Shown: positions 48,479-61,272 of the stretch, piece after piece
How the letters are laid out: each line of letters begins with the position of its first letter
Position numbering within the stretch: position 1 is the first letter of the stretch
Assembly: GCA_951406725.2 (NCBI GenBank)
Contig: OX597837.1
Location: 13,454,001 to 13,518,000 of the forward strand
Reading direction: 5' to 3'
From: Octopus vulgaris
Lineage: Eukaryota
Length of the DNA: 64,000 nt
The notes under the pieces: model-generated
The model's database searches: none
What the model was told of the DNA's origin: nothing
What the model saw: the letters and a program-made list of their open reading frames with translations, nothing else
Made by a program: the position numbers and the translations under genes

Positions 48479-50321
48479 GTCTTAACACACATAGACACAT
48501 AAGTGCCAATCAGAAAAATAGATGAAAATTCATTGTGTTGAGGAAGGCATTAGAACCAGTAATTAAACAAAAATCCACTGAGGTTGACTTTGCCGTTCTT
48601 CCTTCTGGGGTTGATAAAATAGGTACCAGCTGAATACTTGGATTGAGATGTAAACCGCTTACCTCTTCCCCCCGAAATCACTGGCCTTGTGCCAAAATTT
48701 GAATCCAATATGCAATTGAGGCTGCAAAACCGACTCTCTTAGAAGAGTATTTGATTAAAAGACCTGAAGTTTATGGCTCAGACAACACAGACTGTACAAA
48801 AGGTTGATAGAGAGTAAGGGAGAGAGAAAGAGAGGGAGCTATTTCTGATGTCCAGTTGACAGATTTTAGTGTTGTTCTTTGTGTCAGTAATATTTTTGAG
48901 TGAAGGTGTTCTCGTATCTTCAGCTCACAGGATCCGTGTCTCCGAATTGTAAAACAATATCAAGTTTATGTAATACAACATTTGGTATGTTTGTATGAGC
49001 CCTGCCAAGTCACAAGAATAAGACCTCTCCAAACATCTATCAAGTCCTAGTGTCATCTTTTATTTTCTCACCCAACTAAAACTTTGCTGTTACTATTACT
49101 ACTACTACAAGCCAACTAGAAACTTTCTACTAGAAATAGCAGTCAAATTCCTCTTGGTCACACCTGTCTTCATGTTCACTTTAGTCCACACTTTTCTGTG
49201 TTTGCATGGGTTGCGTGGAATTTTTTAAGGCAGAGTTTTTTGACTTTCCTGTCACCAAACTTCCTCCCTGAAGAGACCTGCTTTTTTAGATGATAGGAAA
49301 CATGATGCCGCTTGTGTAAGGATTCACTCATCTACAACTATCAGACAATGTCAAAATGAAGAGGCATGTGCATGCACACTCACGACAGGTTTCTTTCAGT
49401 TTTCACTTATCAAATCCACTAACAAGGCTTTAGTTGGCCCAAGGTTATAGTAGAAGACATTTTCCTAAAGTGCTGCTCCGTGGAACTGAACCTAAAACTG
49501 TATGGTTGGGAAACAAGCTTCTTAACCACACAGCTGTGTCAGTGCCTAAAAGCTGTGCCTGTACCTATGACCCTTTAAATAGGGATGGAAAGGTACATTG
49601 GATAGATTGTAATTTCTGTGATCAAGGTAGACGTGTCTTAACAACAATTACTACTACATGTAGCTTAGTTTATTACCGATTCATTCATCTCTGAATTGGG
49701 ATAACATGGAACATTCAGTTGTGAACCATGTTACCCTGATCACAGATTGGTTTGTGGTAACATGGGTCAGCGATCGGTCAAAGATTCTGCTTGTGCCTCA
49801 GTGAGCACCCATAGTGCTTGGTTACCCAGAAAGCATTGATTATATCTCTTGTGTTTTATGTTACTGTGCTGCGAAGCCGTGTGTTTCTTTTTATACAGAT
49901 TTTTCTTCTTGGACCCATCAACATTGGGGTCAGTGAACAGGAAAATACTAAGGCTCCTGATCATCACAAATGATGCAGATGAGTGAATTCTTTACAGGAA
50001 AACGTTGAGATGATCAAGAAAAATATGTGATAGAAGTTTTGCTGCTGTGGGTGGCAAGTTTGGTGTCGAATGAATAATCTACCATTCATTCTGTTTACTA
50101 AATATGTGATGATTCATTTCTTATGATGTATTTTTGGAACCCAATCCCCCCATGATAGACAAGGATATACATGTTTCATGATAACTAATAAAAAGTTGGC
50201 AGAGTCTTCAGGAGGGTACAGGTATTTGGTGCAATGGAAAATCTACTCTTGAGAAAATGACTGTTAGATTGTAAGTTAGCATTACAGAAACTACAACCTG
50301 ATACTGCTATGAGCTAAGTTA

Positions 50322-50837
50322 GTCGGTTCTCTCCATGCCATGAGGCACAACACAAGGCTGCAGCAGAATCTTTCCAACCAGCTCTGTTTTCTGCCATTCA
50401 TCTGGTCTCGTTCCAATTCCTTTCCTTGTCAGTGATCCTTCACCGTGTGGTTTTACGGTGCCTCGATGCTCTTCTCCCCCTCAGGCTGTCACTTTTGTGC
50501 CATCATAGAACTGCTTTCTTGATCTTGTCCGAGGACGTTTCCAATCCATTCTCAGCATCTGAATCTTCGTCACTGATCCTGTTGACGCCTGTTGTCGTCT
50601 CGGTTGTGTCATTTCAGATTCTTTGCGGATACTTGATGTCGAGTATTCTCCTTAAGCATTCTACAATCAGACAAAGAAGCAAAGTTAGAGGCCGCAAAAC
50701 AAAGCTGAAGCTGTTCAAGACATTGGTCCGACCAGTGTTACTCTACGGATGTAAAAACTGGAAAGTAACGAAAATGGAAGGGAAAAACAATGGACAGTTG
50801 CCACTTCACATGCTTAAGGAGAATACTCAACATGAAG
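50322..50837 (-). mobile_element. RTE LINE 3' relic with inverted 5' segment
   Basis: Minus 50660-50322: CLRRILDIKYPQRI..WIGNVL..PEGRR..AENRAGWK..AALC. Plus 50661-50837: KTKLKLFKTLVRPVLLYGCKNWKVTK..CLRRIL. About 28 nt are duplicated at the breakpoint. Confidence 0.8.
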
Positions 50838-51413
50838 AATAAGAGGCTAAAGTAATAAAGTGTTGACATATATTTAAAAATTTGGTAGTTCCATAGTCTC
50901 AAGAATCAGGTCTGATTTAAAAAACAAAGTTTAATTAGTAAATTATATTTTTATTCTCTTTATGGCTGGGCAGTTAAGAAGCCTTTTTGCAACTGCATGG
51001 TTTCGGGTTCAATTCAGTTGCATGGCACCTTGGGTAATTGTCTTCTATTATAGGTCCTGGTTGACCAATGCCTTGTGGACAGAAACTGCATATAAGTCAA
51101 TCGTATATGTGTATATCAGGTATATATGTATGTCTCCCACCACCACTTGACGATCAGTATTGGTTTGGTTATGTCCCTGTAACTTAGCAGTTCAGCAAAG
51201 GAGACAGAATAAGTACCAGTGCCTCCATGCACATGTGCAACAGGCATCTTTCGGTTTTTATTTACCAACTCTGACTCACAAGGCATTGGTTGACCTGGTG
51301 CTATAATAGAAGACGCTGAACAGTAGAGCTGAGACAACATGGTTGGGAAGCTAGCCATTCCTGTGCCTTGAACCACACAGCCATTCCTGTGTCTTGAAAA
51401 TGACTGAGTAAAC

Positions 51414-51597
51414 CAGGGGTCCCCAAACTTTTTAGACCATTGGCCCCTTCACGGAATCCTCAACCCATTTATCGACCCCCAGGCATGTACAAGAAAATAA
51501 ATAATAATAATAATAATAAGTAGATGTCCATTTATTGACCCCTTGAATATTCCCATCAACCCCATGGGGTTGATATCAACCACTGTGGAGACCCTTG
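51414..51597. mobile_element. hAT (Charlie-like) MITE with perfect 8-bp TSD
   Basis: gagtaaac-CAGGGGTCCCCA...TGGAGACCCTTG-gagtaaac. Confidence 0.9.
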
Positions 51598-53813
51598 GAG
51601 TAAACCTTTCAGGGTGGTGTCCCTTATGACCTCAGATCGAACAGCTAAGGCAACTAACAGAATAATAGGACATGGTTGTAGTGTAACTAATATGCTCACT
51701 CTTGTTTGGTTATGTTCTTATCAGATGGGTGCACGCCTGCACCTAAACGAGATGGTCTGTAAACGAGTGATAATGAGTTCCAGTTTCATTATGTTAGACG
51801 AAGATAACCAACAACAACATGATGTGAATAAGTTGGATGGATTACTGCTTAAATATGCCATGAAATATGAACTTGAGACCATTACATTCGTATTCGTTTA
51901 TGCTGTGCTGTTTCTATGAAATGGTACTTAAGTGTTTTTAGTTAAAACTTCTCTTGAAGCAACCAGCTTTCTATTAAAAAAAAAAGGTGTGTGTGTGTGT
52001 GGGGGGGGTAGGCATAAATATGTGCTTGAGTGGGTGGAGTCCTCTATCAGTCCCCTTTGGCAAAGGGGATTGATATTTTATTGGATAATGTACTTATTTG
52101 GTGTGAATTGCTATTAGCTCCAGTAATAGATAAAATATCAGCTTTGTGTATGTGTGTGTGTTTCCCAGCTAGATAGATTAAAACAAGTGGATTAATGCCT
52201 CTTAATAATAACACAAGTATCTGATTCTGTGATTGGTGGTGGTGGTGGTAGTTTCATATATCTCTACCCCTATACCTCTTCGATTTGGGGGAAAGAGAAA
52301 TAAATCTAAACAAGTGTTTGGCTGCTGTTACTACTACTACTACTACTACTGATGATGATGATGATGATTTCTTTTATTTGTCATTGGTGCGAAGGATGAG
52401 GGGGACAATACAAAGACAGACATAAGGTGTTGAGGTTTAATAATAATAATAATAATAATAATCTTACTTATTTGTGTTCATGTATCTGTGTGTTATTTCT
52501 TGAAAAGAAACCTGTTACAATTGTGATCTGCAAGTTGTTCTGAGAACTATTCTTCACCTAATTTTCTATTTTGGGAAAGTTTATTTTTAAAATAGCTTGA
52601 AACAGAGGAATAAGGCCACCTGAACTATTTTAGTCATAAAGAAACTCTTAGGTACTGACCCACAGTCTTACAGGTTAAATTATGAAGCTTTTTGTTGGTC
52701 TTTCTTTTCATTCTCTATTTATAGAGAATAGATACAGGTGTGACCTTGGGGTAAGAAGTCTACTTCCCAGCCACATGGTTTCGGGTTTTCAGTCTCACTT
52801 TGTGGCACCTTGGACAATGTCTTCTCCTATAGCCACCACCACCACCACCACTTGTGAATGGATTTGGTAGTTGGAAAGTGAAAAAAAAAGCCATTTTGTG
52901 TGTGTGTGAGAATGTATTTGTCCTCCAACATTCTTTAACAACCAGTGTTGGTTTGTATACATCCTATAACTTAGCAGTTTGGTATGAGACCAATAGGATG
53001 AGTACTAGGGGTGACTCGGCCAACTAAAGTCCTTGAAGGTGGTGTCTGAACTGTGTGGCACTCAGGGCAAATGTCTTCTACTAAAGCCTTGTGAGTAGAC
53101 TTGGTAGATGGAAGGGGGAGGAAGCCTGTTTGTGTGTGTCCCCCCCCCCGTCCATCCATGTCCGTGCCTTTGTCCCCTGGTTTTGACATCATGTGATCGT
53201 TGTAAATGAGCATCACAATCGAACAAGCAGTTTTGTTCATTTGCAGTCTTTTGTGAAGAATATGTCTGGCCATGAGGGAAATATTACTTAGCTTAGAAAC
53301 AGATGAGGTTTAGCAACAGGATGAGCCTTCAGCTGTAGAAACTCTGCCTCAACAAATTCCATCCCTGACCCATGCAAACCTGGATAAGGGAATGTTAAAG
53401 CAATGACGATGATGATGATAAAACATTGTTTTACATCTGGATATTCCTCTCCTTATTTCTCTTCTGTTTATCAAATTAAGGATTTTATTATCCCACTTCC
53501 TTTGAAAGCCCTGAGCTACAGGACAGTTTGTTGACAGAATCATCACCAATGTGTGCTGTCTTACTCAGTGCTATTTTCATGTGTGCACAAAACGTAAACA
53601 TTTATGTATACACACATGCATACTTGCATATGATGGGCTTCCTCCAGTTTCTATCTATCATATTTCACTCACAAACCACAACCGAAGTAGAGGACAACAG
53701 CTGACTGTCACAGTGCAGTGGGAGCTAACTCTAAACTTTGTGGTTCTGAAGGGCACTTCTTAACCACACAGCCAGCCTGCACCTATGGATTTTATATCTA
53801 GATTTTTAACACT

Positions 53814-54219
53814 AGGTGCAGGAGTGGTTGTGTAGTAAGAAGCATGCTGCCAAACCACATGGTTCCGGGTTCAGTCCCACTCCGTGGCACCTTGGGCAAG
53901 TGTCTTCTACTATAACCTCGAGCTGACCAAAGCTTTGTGAATGGATTTAGTTGACAGAAACTGAAATAAGTCTGTCAGATATACATGTATGTGTGTTTAT
54001 GTGAGTATGTATTTGTGTGTCTGTGTTTGTCCACCCCCCACCATCGCTTTGACAACCAATGTTGGTGTGTTTACGTCCCCATAACTTAGCAGTTTGGCAA
54101 AAGAGAAGAATAGAATATGTACTAGGCTTACAAAGAATAAGTCCTGGGGTCGATTTGTTTGACTAAAGGCGGTGCTCCAGCATGGCTGCAGTCAAGTGAC
54201 TGAAACAAGTAAAAGAGTT
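53814..54219 (+). mobile_element. Family B SINE, full length (head-to-head with a diverged minus copy at 53620-53785)
   Basis: ggtgcaggagtggttgtgtagtaag..gaaacaagtaaaagagtt. Confidence 0.9.
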
Positions 54220-54289
54220 AAAGAATCAAAATATTTGATCAGTAAAAATGTTGCGTTTAGTAGTAGTGTAGCCTGTTCTATGGCAGAAT

Positions 54290-54710
54290 CTATTCTGTAG
54301 TATAGTCTACTGTTATATTGTGCCATTTTCCCTCTATGGGGCAAAAAGCTTGGTCTATGTACGCAGCAGTGGAGAAGATAGAAGCCTTTGAGATGTGGAT
54401 CTTTTGTAGATTGGACAGAACAAGCTGGGAAGTCAGGGTAACAAACACTGAAGTATTTAGAAAAACGAAAAGTCCAAGGACACCTTTTGTTGAGAATCAA
54501 GTCTACAAAGCTCTCCTATTTTGGACACACATTGCACCTGGAGCCACTGCCCAAGACCATCCTGACAGGAATTGTAGAGGTAAAGAAAGCAAGAGGTCAT
54601 CGAAGATGTATGTGAACTGACAACATCAAAAACCAGTGCCTGGCTGATTGTCTGCATGCAGCAACACAAAGGGAACGGGGGTGGGTGGGGGAGTCTTGGC
54701 AGTTGACCTC
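54290..54710 (+). mobile_element. RTE LINE 3' ORF relic
   Basis: KIEAFEMWIFCRLDRTSWEVRVTNTEV matches RTE KIEAFEMW.YRR.L.ISW...VTNEEV. Confidence 0.8.
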
Positions 54711-55794
54711 TCTGATATATGGCTGAGTATACTCTATAGATGTCATTGTTTAGGCATTGAACTCTTATCTTGTTTTAGTTCTAGTTCTTTCTGTGTTTTT
54801 TTTCCTCCTTTTTTGAGATAAGTGATGGTTTGTAATTTCACATCAATCCTTTTTTTTCTTTCTTTCGTATCATGCTTACATGCTTATCTGAGTTCATTTA
54901 ATATGTACAAGCATACACCAAGTAATCTTAACAAATAAAACTGATTTTTAGCCCAGCTTTTGAATTTGATTGAGAACAGTTTCAGAAGCGAACTGATGTG
55001 TGGCGATGGGGATGGTGGTGGTGGTGGTAATCTGCTTGCAATTGGAAAATTTAACATTACAGCATGTAGCGTGAATGTATGCCAAGCATAGATTATTTGA
55101 GTGTGTTGTGGAGTCTCTCTATGAATGGCGTTAGCTGTGATTGATTTGCGAGAGAGGGAGATCTGAAATATAGGTGAGGTTGAGAAAGGATTATGAAAGA
55201 AATGTGTTATGAGATTGTAATGTCAGATGGGATGGGAATTAGGATAATTGGAGTGGCTATGAATGTGATGGGCATTGCTTGCCATCGGAGTATACAGGCT
55301 GTTGTTGCTTTGTCTCAGGCCAGCCCTGATTGGGCAGACATATTCAAAGGCATTCCAGTTGTGACCATCCCATCATTGTAGAAATATGTTAGGCAACATT
55401 CGTTCTGTGTGACCTTTCATTAGTTAAAATTGTTGGGTGGGATTTGGGGGGAATTTGGTTTCTATTTCTAGCATGTTGAGTGGCAGCATGGAGGCTTGAC
55501 CAATGGCTTGAGAATTTGTGTGATACAATATGGTAAGTGGTAGCTGCATACGCATATGATGAAGATGGTTAGTAATCAGATGTGAGATGAGCTGCAGTTG
55601 GGCGAATGGGTGTATAAAAGAAATATTGGTAGAGATCTCAGTGCCATAACATGGTCACATCTGACTGAATGGAATCAATGGAAGAATAATTACAACTGAG
55701 AAGCTATAAAATGTTTTCCTCTATGTGGTATGGTTGAATGATTAGCATGTGATATGTTGACTGTAATTTTGGGGAACTTAGTTAAACATAAATT

Positions 55795-56170
55795 GCTATA
55801 TAACCAGCCCGTTTAAGAGTACCCTTCAATCATTGGACAATAAACTATGCTTGCAAAGACCTGTTGAGGCAAGTGAAATTGCTGTCATGGCCAATGGTAG
55901 TACCACCTGATTGGCACCTGTGCCAGTGGAACGTTAAAAGCACCATTTGAATGTGGCCAATGCCATTACCGCCTGAATGGCCCTTGTGCCAGTGGCACGT
56001 AAAAGCACCCACTACACTATCGGAGTGGTTGACGTTAGAAAGGGCATCCAGCTGTAGAAACTTTGCCAGATCAGATTGGAGTCTGGTGCAGCCTTCTGGC
56101 ATACCAGCCCTCAGTCAAACTGTCCAACCCATGCCAGCATGGAAAGCAGATGTTAAACAATGTTGATGAT
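55795..56170 (+). mobile_element. Family A retroposon, long form
   Basis: Collinear with 43630-44135 but with fewer hairpin units. Confidence 0.88.
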
Positions 56171-57049
56171 TTAAGGAATATAGGGCTGGTTTCTCTGGCA
56201 TATATATTCTTCCCAGGTCAAGATGCCAGTCACAGAATTACTAATTTTTACCAGCTGAGTGAACTGGAGTGACGTGAGATTAAGTGTTTTACTACAATCC
56301 AGGAATCAAAACCACCATCTTACAAGCATGAGTCCAACACCCTAACCACTAAGCTCCACATGGATTATCATCCATTCTTCTTCCAGTATAGGGAATTGGT
56401 TACTTTGTGTGTGTGTCTTTGTTGCTATTTGTCCCACCACCACTTGACAAACCAGTGTGGGCTTGAGAAAGGAGACCAATAGAATAAGTAATCAGACTTC
56501 AAAAGTATACACTGGGGCCGATCTGTTCAACTAGAAGCTTTCAAGGCTGCTGTCCAATGACTAAAACAAGCAGAAGAGATAAAAGATAGGGGGTTAAAGA
56601 AGTTAGAGGCTTAATTTTTACCAACAGATCTCCTTTCCTGATGACATACTAATTTGCGCTTCCTCATAATTTGATTCGCCTCTATTATGCCTGCCACCCG
56701 TCTTCTCAAATTGGTTAGTACCGTTATGAATGTTTCTTTTCCTTTCCTTTTTTTCTCTCTTTTCTCTGATATTTTATCTCCACAGGAAAATTCGGCAACC
56801 GCAAATGAGCCAAGAAAAGCATTTATATAGTGCGTAATTTGGGAGGAGGGAATGACAGACACTGTGTTTGGTGTAATGTCAACTAGCAGGCAGTAGTTAT
56901 ATTTGTGTGTGTGTGTGCTTGGATTCCATTCGTTGTGCCAATTATTCTTTTGTCTCTGAAAATTGGTGTTTGTAATATCTTGTATTATTTTGGTTTTAGA
57001 GTTAGGGTTTTTTTTTTTGTTGTTATAATTTATTAGCCATATTTATCTT

Positions 57050-57417
57050 TTTGTCTTTTACTTGCTGCAGTCATTGGACTGCAGCCGTTCTGGAGTGTCA
57101 CCTTGAAGAGTTTAGTCAAACAAATCAACCCCAGTAATTGTTTATTTTCTTTCTAAGTCTGGTACTTGGCCGATTGGTCTCTGTTGCCAAGCTGCTAAGT
57201 CATGGGGCTATAAACAAACCAACACCAGTTGTCAAGTGAGATATGGGGGACAGACAGACATGTACGCACGCATAAGTTTCCTTCTACCAACTCCACTCAC
57301 AAGACATTGGTCTACTAAGGCTGTTGTATGAGACACTTCCCCAAAGTGCTATGTAGTAGAAGTGAACTTGGAATCACACGATTGCAAACCAAACTTCTTA
57401 ACCACACAGCCATGCCT
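57050..57417 (-). mobile_element. Family B SINE, diverged
   Basis: Reverse complement of the B consensus from tail to head. Confidence 0.75.
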
Positions 57418-58240
57418 ACCTTTTTTTTGGTTCATAGTTAATGATGCATAAAGGGAGATAATCCTACTTCCTAATGAGAGAATCGTAAGATAAAAAAGGT
57501 TAATGGTTTCTGTACTCTTTGAGTTATAAAGTAAAGCAAACAAGATTATCAAATCTCGTTGATTATTTATGTCCTTTGATATTTGTGTTCTGCTATAATT
57601 AAATTCAATCTTGGCAAGTTCTTCCAATTACATTTGTGTCGGTTTGGTAAATTTGAGGTAAACATATTAATATGAACATGAGATCCTTGGAAATTGTATG
57701 TTTTATAAATTTTCTCTTATTTTATCACATAAATTTATAAATCTTAATAAACTCCTGCTGAGTAGATGTGCTAAGCAGTGACCGAGAAGAAAATAAGCTT
57801 GAAACCGGTTCTAATGTCTGAGAGATGTTGGAACTCATAAAAAGTTTTATCACTACAGTTTGTTTATGAAGAAATATTCTTACTGGAGACAAAAATCCAT
57901 GGCCAGTTCAGAGCTTTTCTTCCCCACCTGTCAGGCTGGTGGCTACCTGTATTTCAAAGTAGTTAGCTGCTCATCAGTGCCGGATACCATATTGAGGCAA
58001 TTCTGAACTGATAAAGAAATTGCATTTCTCTAACATTGTTTTGTTATGCTGAAGATTTTTTTTTTCCTTCTTGATAATGAACCAGATAACAGATTGAGGT
58101 TATTGATAGAAATTAGGATTTAGAACAACTTTCAGTGTCAGTAGCAGCAGTATGATAAATTCTGGTTTTCTCCTGATGTAGAATGGTTCACCAGTTAATC
58201 GGCTGGTCTGACTCACAGCTGAGATAGTTTCTTTCAACCT

Positions 58241-58241
<1 letters not shown>

Positions 58242-58317
<76 letters not shown>
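58242..58317. repeat. (CT)n/(CA)n microsatellite
   Basis: Direct inspection. Confidence 0.95.
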
Positions 58318-59120
58318 GCCATGTGTTCTTCAGCAAGACACTTGTTCCTGTCCTTCTATCATACTTTCACCTCTTTCAGTACTACAACTCATTTGAGAGA
58401 TCTTCTCTTAAAAGCACTTGGTGACCTCACCAATCCTGGTGCCACATAAAAAAAGTACTCAGCATCCTCTGTAAATTGATATTAGAAAGGGCATCTGGCT
58501 GTTGAAACCATGCCAAAGCAGGCATTGGAGCTCAGTGTTGTCCTCTGGTTTGTTGGTTTCTCTTGAATCATATCATCGTAGAAAAAGGAACTTTAAATGA
58601 TGATGATGATGTTGCCAGTATCTTTATTGTTGAAAATAACCCCCCCCCTTTTTTTTTTCTTTACCTGCAAATACTGCTGAAGCCCTTCTTGTATGCAAGA
58701 CTATGGCAGAGCTCTTGTGCAGTTGCCTTATTTCAAAACATACAGTGAAGACAAATCAGCCCCAGCACTTATTTGGTGAAACATGTAAAGTATAATGTGA
58801 TGAATATGCTCTTTGCTTGGTTCCAAAATGGGTTCTTCATCATGTAGAAAATTAATAGACTCTAATATATGGTTGCTCTACAGGAATTCTTCTTGGAAAG
58901 GTTATGCATCGGTGACTGCCACCAACGTTTATAGGTTTTACAAAAGACAACTTCAAACTGGTTCAAATTCACAATTGGACAGAGCTTTCTGTACAATGTG
59001 ACACACGTGTGTGTGTGTAAGCGAATGATTAAAAAAGCAGATAAGGAAAAGTGGGCGTAAAAGGTATGTTTACATGGAAAGTTACATATATAAATAAATG
59101 AATGATGTAATCAAGTCTTA

Positions 59121-59257
59121 TCTTTACAGCTGTTTCGGATAAACAATGATCACAGTGCTATAACCATGTAATAGGGTTCAATAACAGAGTAAGTGTACAG
59201 ATTACTACAGAGTTTTAGAGATTTGTGAGTGAAATCAGGTTATCCTCATCAGAAGAC
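59121..59257 (-). ncRNA. Type-I hammerhead ribozyme motif, intact core, ~95-nt loop II
   Basis: gtctt-CTGATGA-GGATAA-(~95 nt)-TTATCC-GAAA-CAGCTG-TA-aagat: all core nucleotides, 6-bp stem II, palindromic stem III, 4-5-bp stem I, GUA site. Confidence 0.75.
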
Positions 59258-59349
59258 TTCACTGAGCAGCATAACTTGATTTAGTATTCTTCTACACACA
59301 CACACAGGAGGTGTGTGTTATTTCCTCTTAAATATGGTTCTTTTTTTTT

Positions 59350-59523
59350 AACTTGTTTCAGTCATTTGACTGTGCCCATGCTGGAGTTCCACCTTTAGTC
59401 GGACAAATCGGCCCTAGTACTTATTTTGTTACTTACTTTAGCTGAATCGCTAAGTGACGGGGACGTAAGCACACCATCGATTGTCAAACAACGGTGGGGG
59501 ACAAACACAGGCACAAATAACAA

Positions 59524-59570
<47 letters not shown>

Positions 59571-59718
59571 CACACAATGGGCTTCTTTCAGTTTCCGTCT
59601 CCAACCAAATCCACTCACAAGGCTTTGGTCAGCTCAAGGCTATAGTAGAAGATACTTGCCCAAGGTGCCACGCAGTGGAACTGAACTCAGAACCATGTGG
59701 TTGGGAAGCAAGCTTCTT
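59350..59718 (-). mobile_element. Family B SINE, full length
   Basis: Matches 9343-9742. Confidence 0.9.
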
Positions 59719-60279
59719 ACCACACAGCCACTCCTGTGCTTGTTTAATATTGAAGTTCCTGGGAAAAGAATGATGTAAAGCTTCATAAGTGACTCTAAGC
59801 CCTCAAATCTCTTATGTAGCTTTACAGCCAATAAAGAAATGTGTGTGTGTGTGTGCATTTATGTGTAATTATGCCTTATATTAAAGGGAATGGGATTATG
59901 GACTTGTGCCTAAAAATGTGGAATCCCCATTCTTACCAATTGTAAACAACATGATGTGTATACTCCACTGTAAAGTTGATCACACAAATATTTAGATATG
60001 GGTCTGTAATAATATTCATTCTATCTGTAGCACAAGCTGTTAATTTTTCCAAGTTTCATAGATTTTGTTGAATATTTTAATTTTAATTATTAGAGATTCT
60101 TGTTCACTTTTAGTTTGACATTTGAAACTTTTTTATTGATTCTTGAAAATATTAACAAAACATGGAAAAACAGAACAAAAACAGAACTGACTTAGGTGCT
60201 GCTAAGCACCATCATTATTATCGTAGAAATGAAATGGAAGCAAATTGGAAATGGCAAATCACCTCTAGGTCATCCCATA

Positions 60280-60632
60280 GGATGCCCCTTTCTAGGGGCT
60301 TCAGTTACGCATACTATAGGAGTCACAAGGCGCTGCTCCATGTGGTCCTGCAGTTTCCATCTAACTAGGAATATTAGGGTCTCATCCATTGTCTCGTATT
60401 CAAGATCCTCTGCATGACATCCTGTGAGTTCAAAGCCAGGAATCTGATCTGTTAGGTCCCCTGCCGATAACTAAATCCACGCCCTGCTGCTGACACTTCA
60501 ATTTATTGTTGTTACGGTTTTGCCTGTCTTCTACCCTTCAACCTGGCCTGGTAAGACCTGCCTGAAGATTTCTCTCCCTCCAGCATAGCTCTCTGGGTCA
60601 AGCACACAGGCACTCCACTGTGACAAGGTCCT
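60280..60632 (-). mobile_element. RTE-related short element
   Basis: Minus-strand head ccttgtcacagtggagtgcctgtgtgcttgacccagagagctatgctgg resembles the 6072 head. Confidence 0.5.
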
Positions 60633-61102
60633 TGTTGAATTGGCCATTGACTACACAATAGTTCTTCCGCCCTTTTAACGGGTCTTATTTTCCATTCCGC
60701 AGGGTGTCCAACAATCACCCTCCTCACCAAGCAAGCTTGATGTGGTTGCCAGTTTAGTTGCCGACGACCCAACTATGTAACAGGTTGTACTGGATTACAT
60801 GTTACTAGTAGCACTCAAGTGTGACCTGACTGAAATGACAAATAAACAGCTTTGTATTTCTAAATTATATGCATTGAGTTATTAGAAAGAAAAAGAGGGA
60901 AAAAAAATCAACCAAAATGTAAACACTGTTAAAATGAAAAATATGCAAATTGAGTCCTGTGTTAACCAAGAGACAACCAATATATATCTTATATTTAATT
61001 GTGTATAATAAATAAACCATGTAAAATAGTATTGTTATGCTCACTTAACACCGTCCACATAGTTGAAATATTTTCTGTTTGCTGTTTTCAGATACGTGAG
61101 AC

Positions 61103-61159
61103 ATGTTTTGGAAGTTCAATCTTGCCTCTACTCACATTGACTCTTTACTTGAAAAAGAG
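61103..61159 (+). CDS. PPP6R3: First coding exon of serine/threonine protein phosphatase 6 regulatory subunit (PPP6R/SAPS family)
   Basis: Acceptor tttgctgttttcag| at 61091, 11 nt of UTR, ATG at 61103, MFWKFNLASTHIDSLLEKE, donor GAG|GTAGGT. Matches the conserved MFWKFDL..SHIDTLLEREDV N-terminus; likely co-orthologous to vertebrate PPP6R1-3, so the symbol is approximate. Confidence 0.9.
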
Positions 61160-61272
61160 GTAGGTCCCTGTTTACATTCATTACATTCACATTTGATCTG
61201 GGCCCAGATTATTCTTTGTCTCTAACTTCCGATCGGAAGTATTTTCTCATTCTTTGGTGTTTCCGTTCTTCA

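Noticed and set aside
49722-49768. Pre-miRNA-like hairpin (ccatgttacc/ggtaacatgg)
   Set aside because: The stem is only ~10-17 bp, too short to support without reads.
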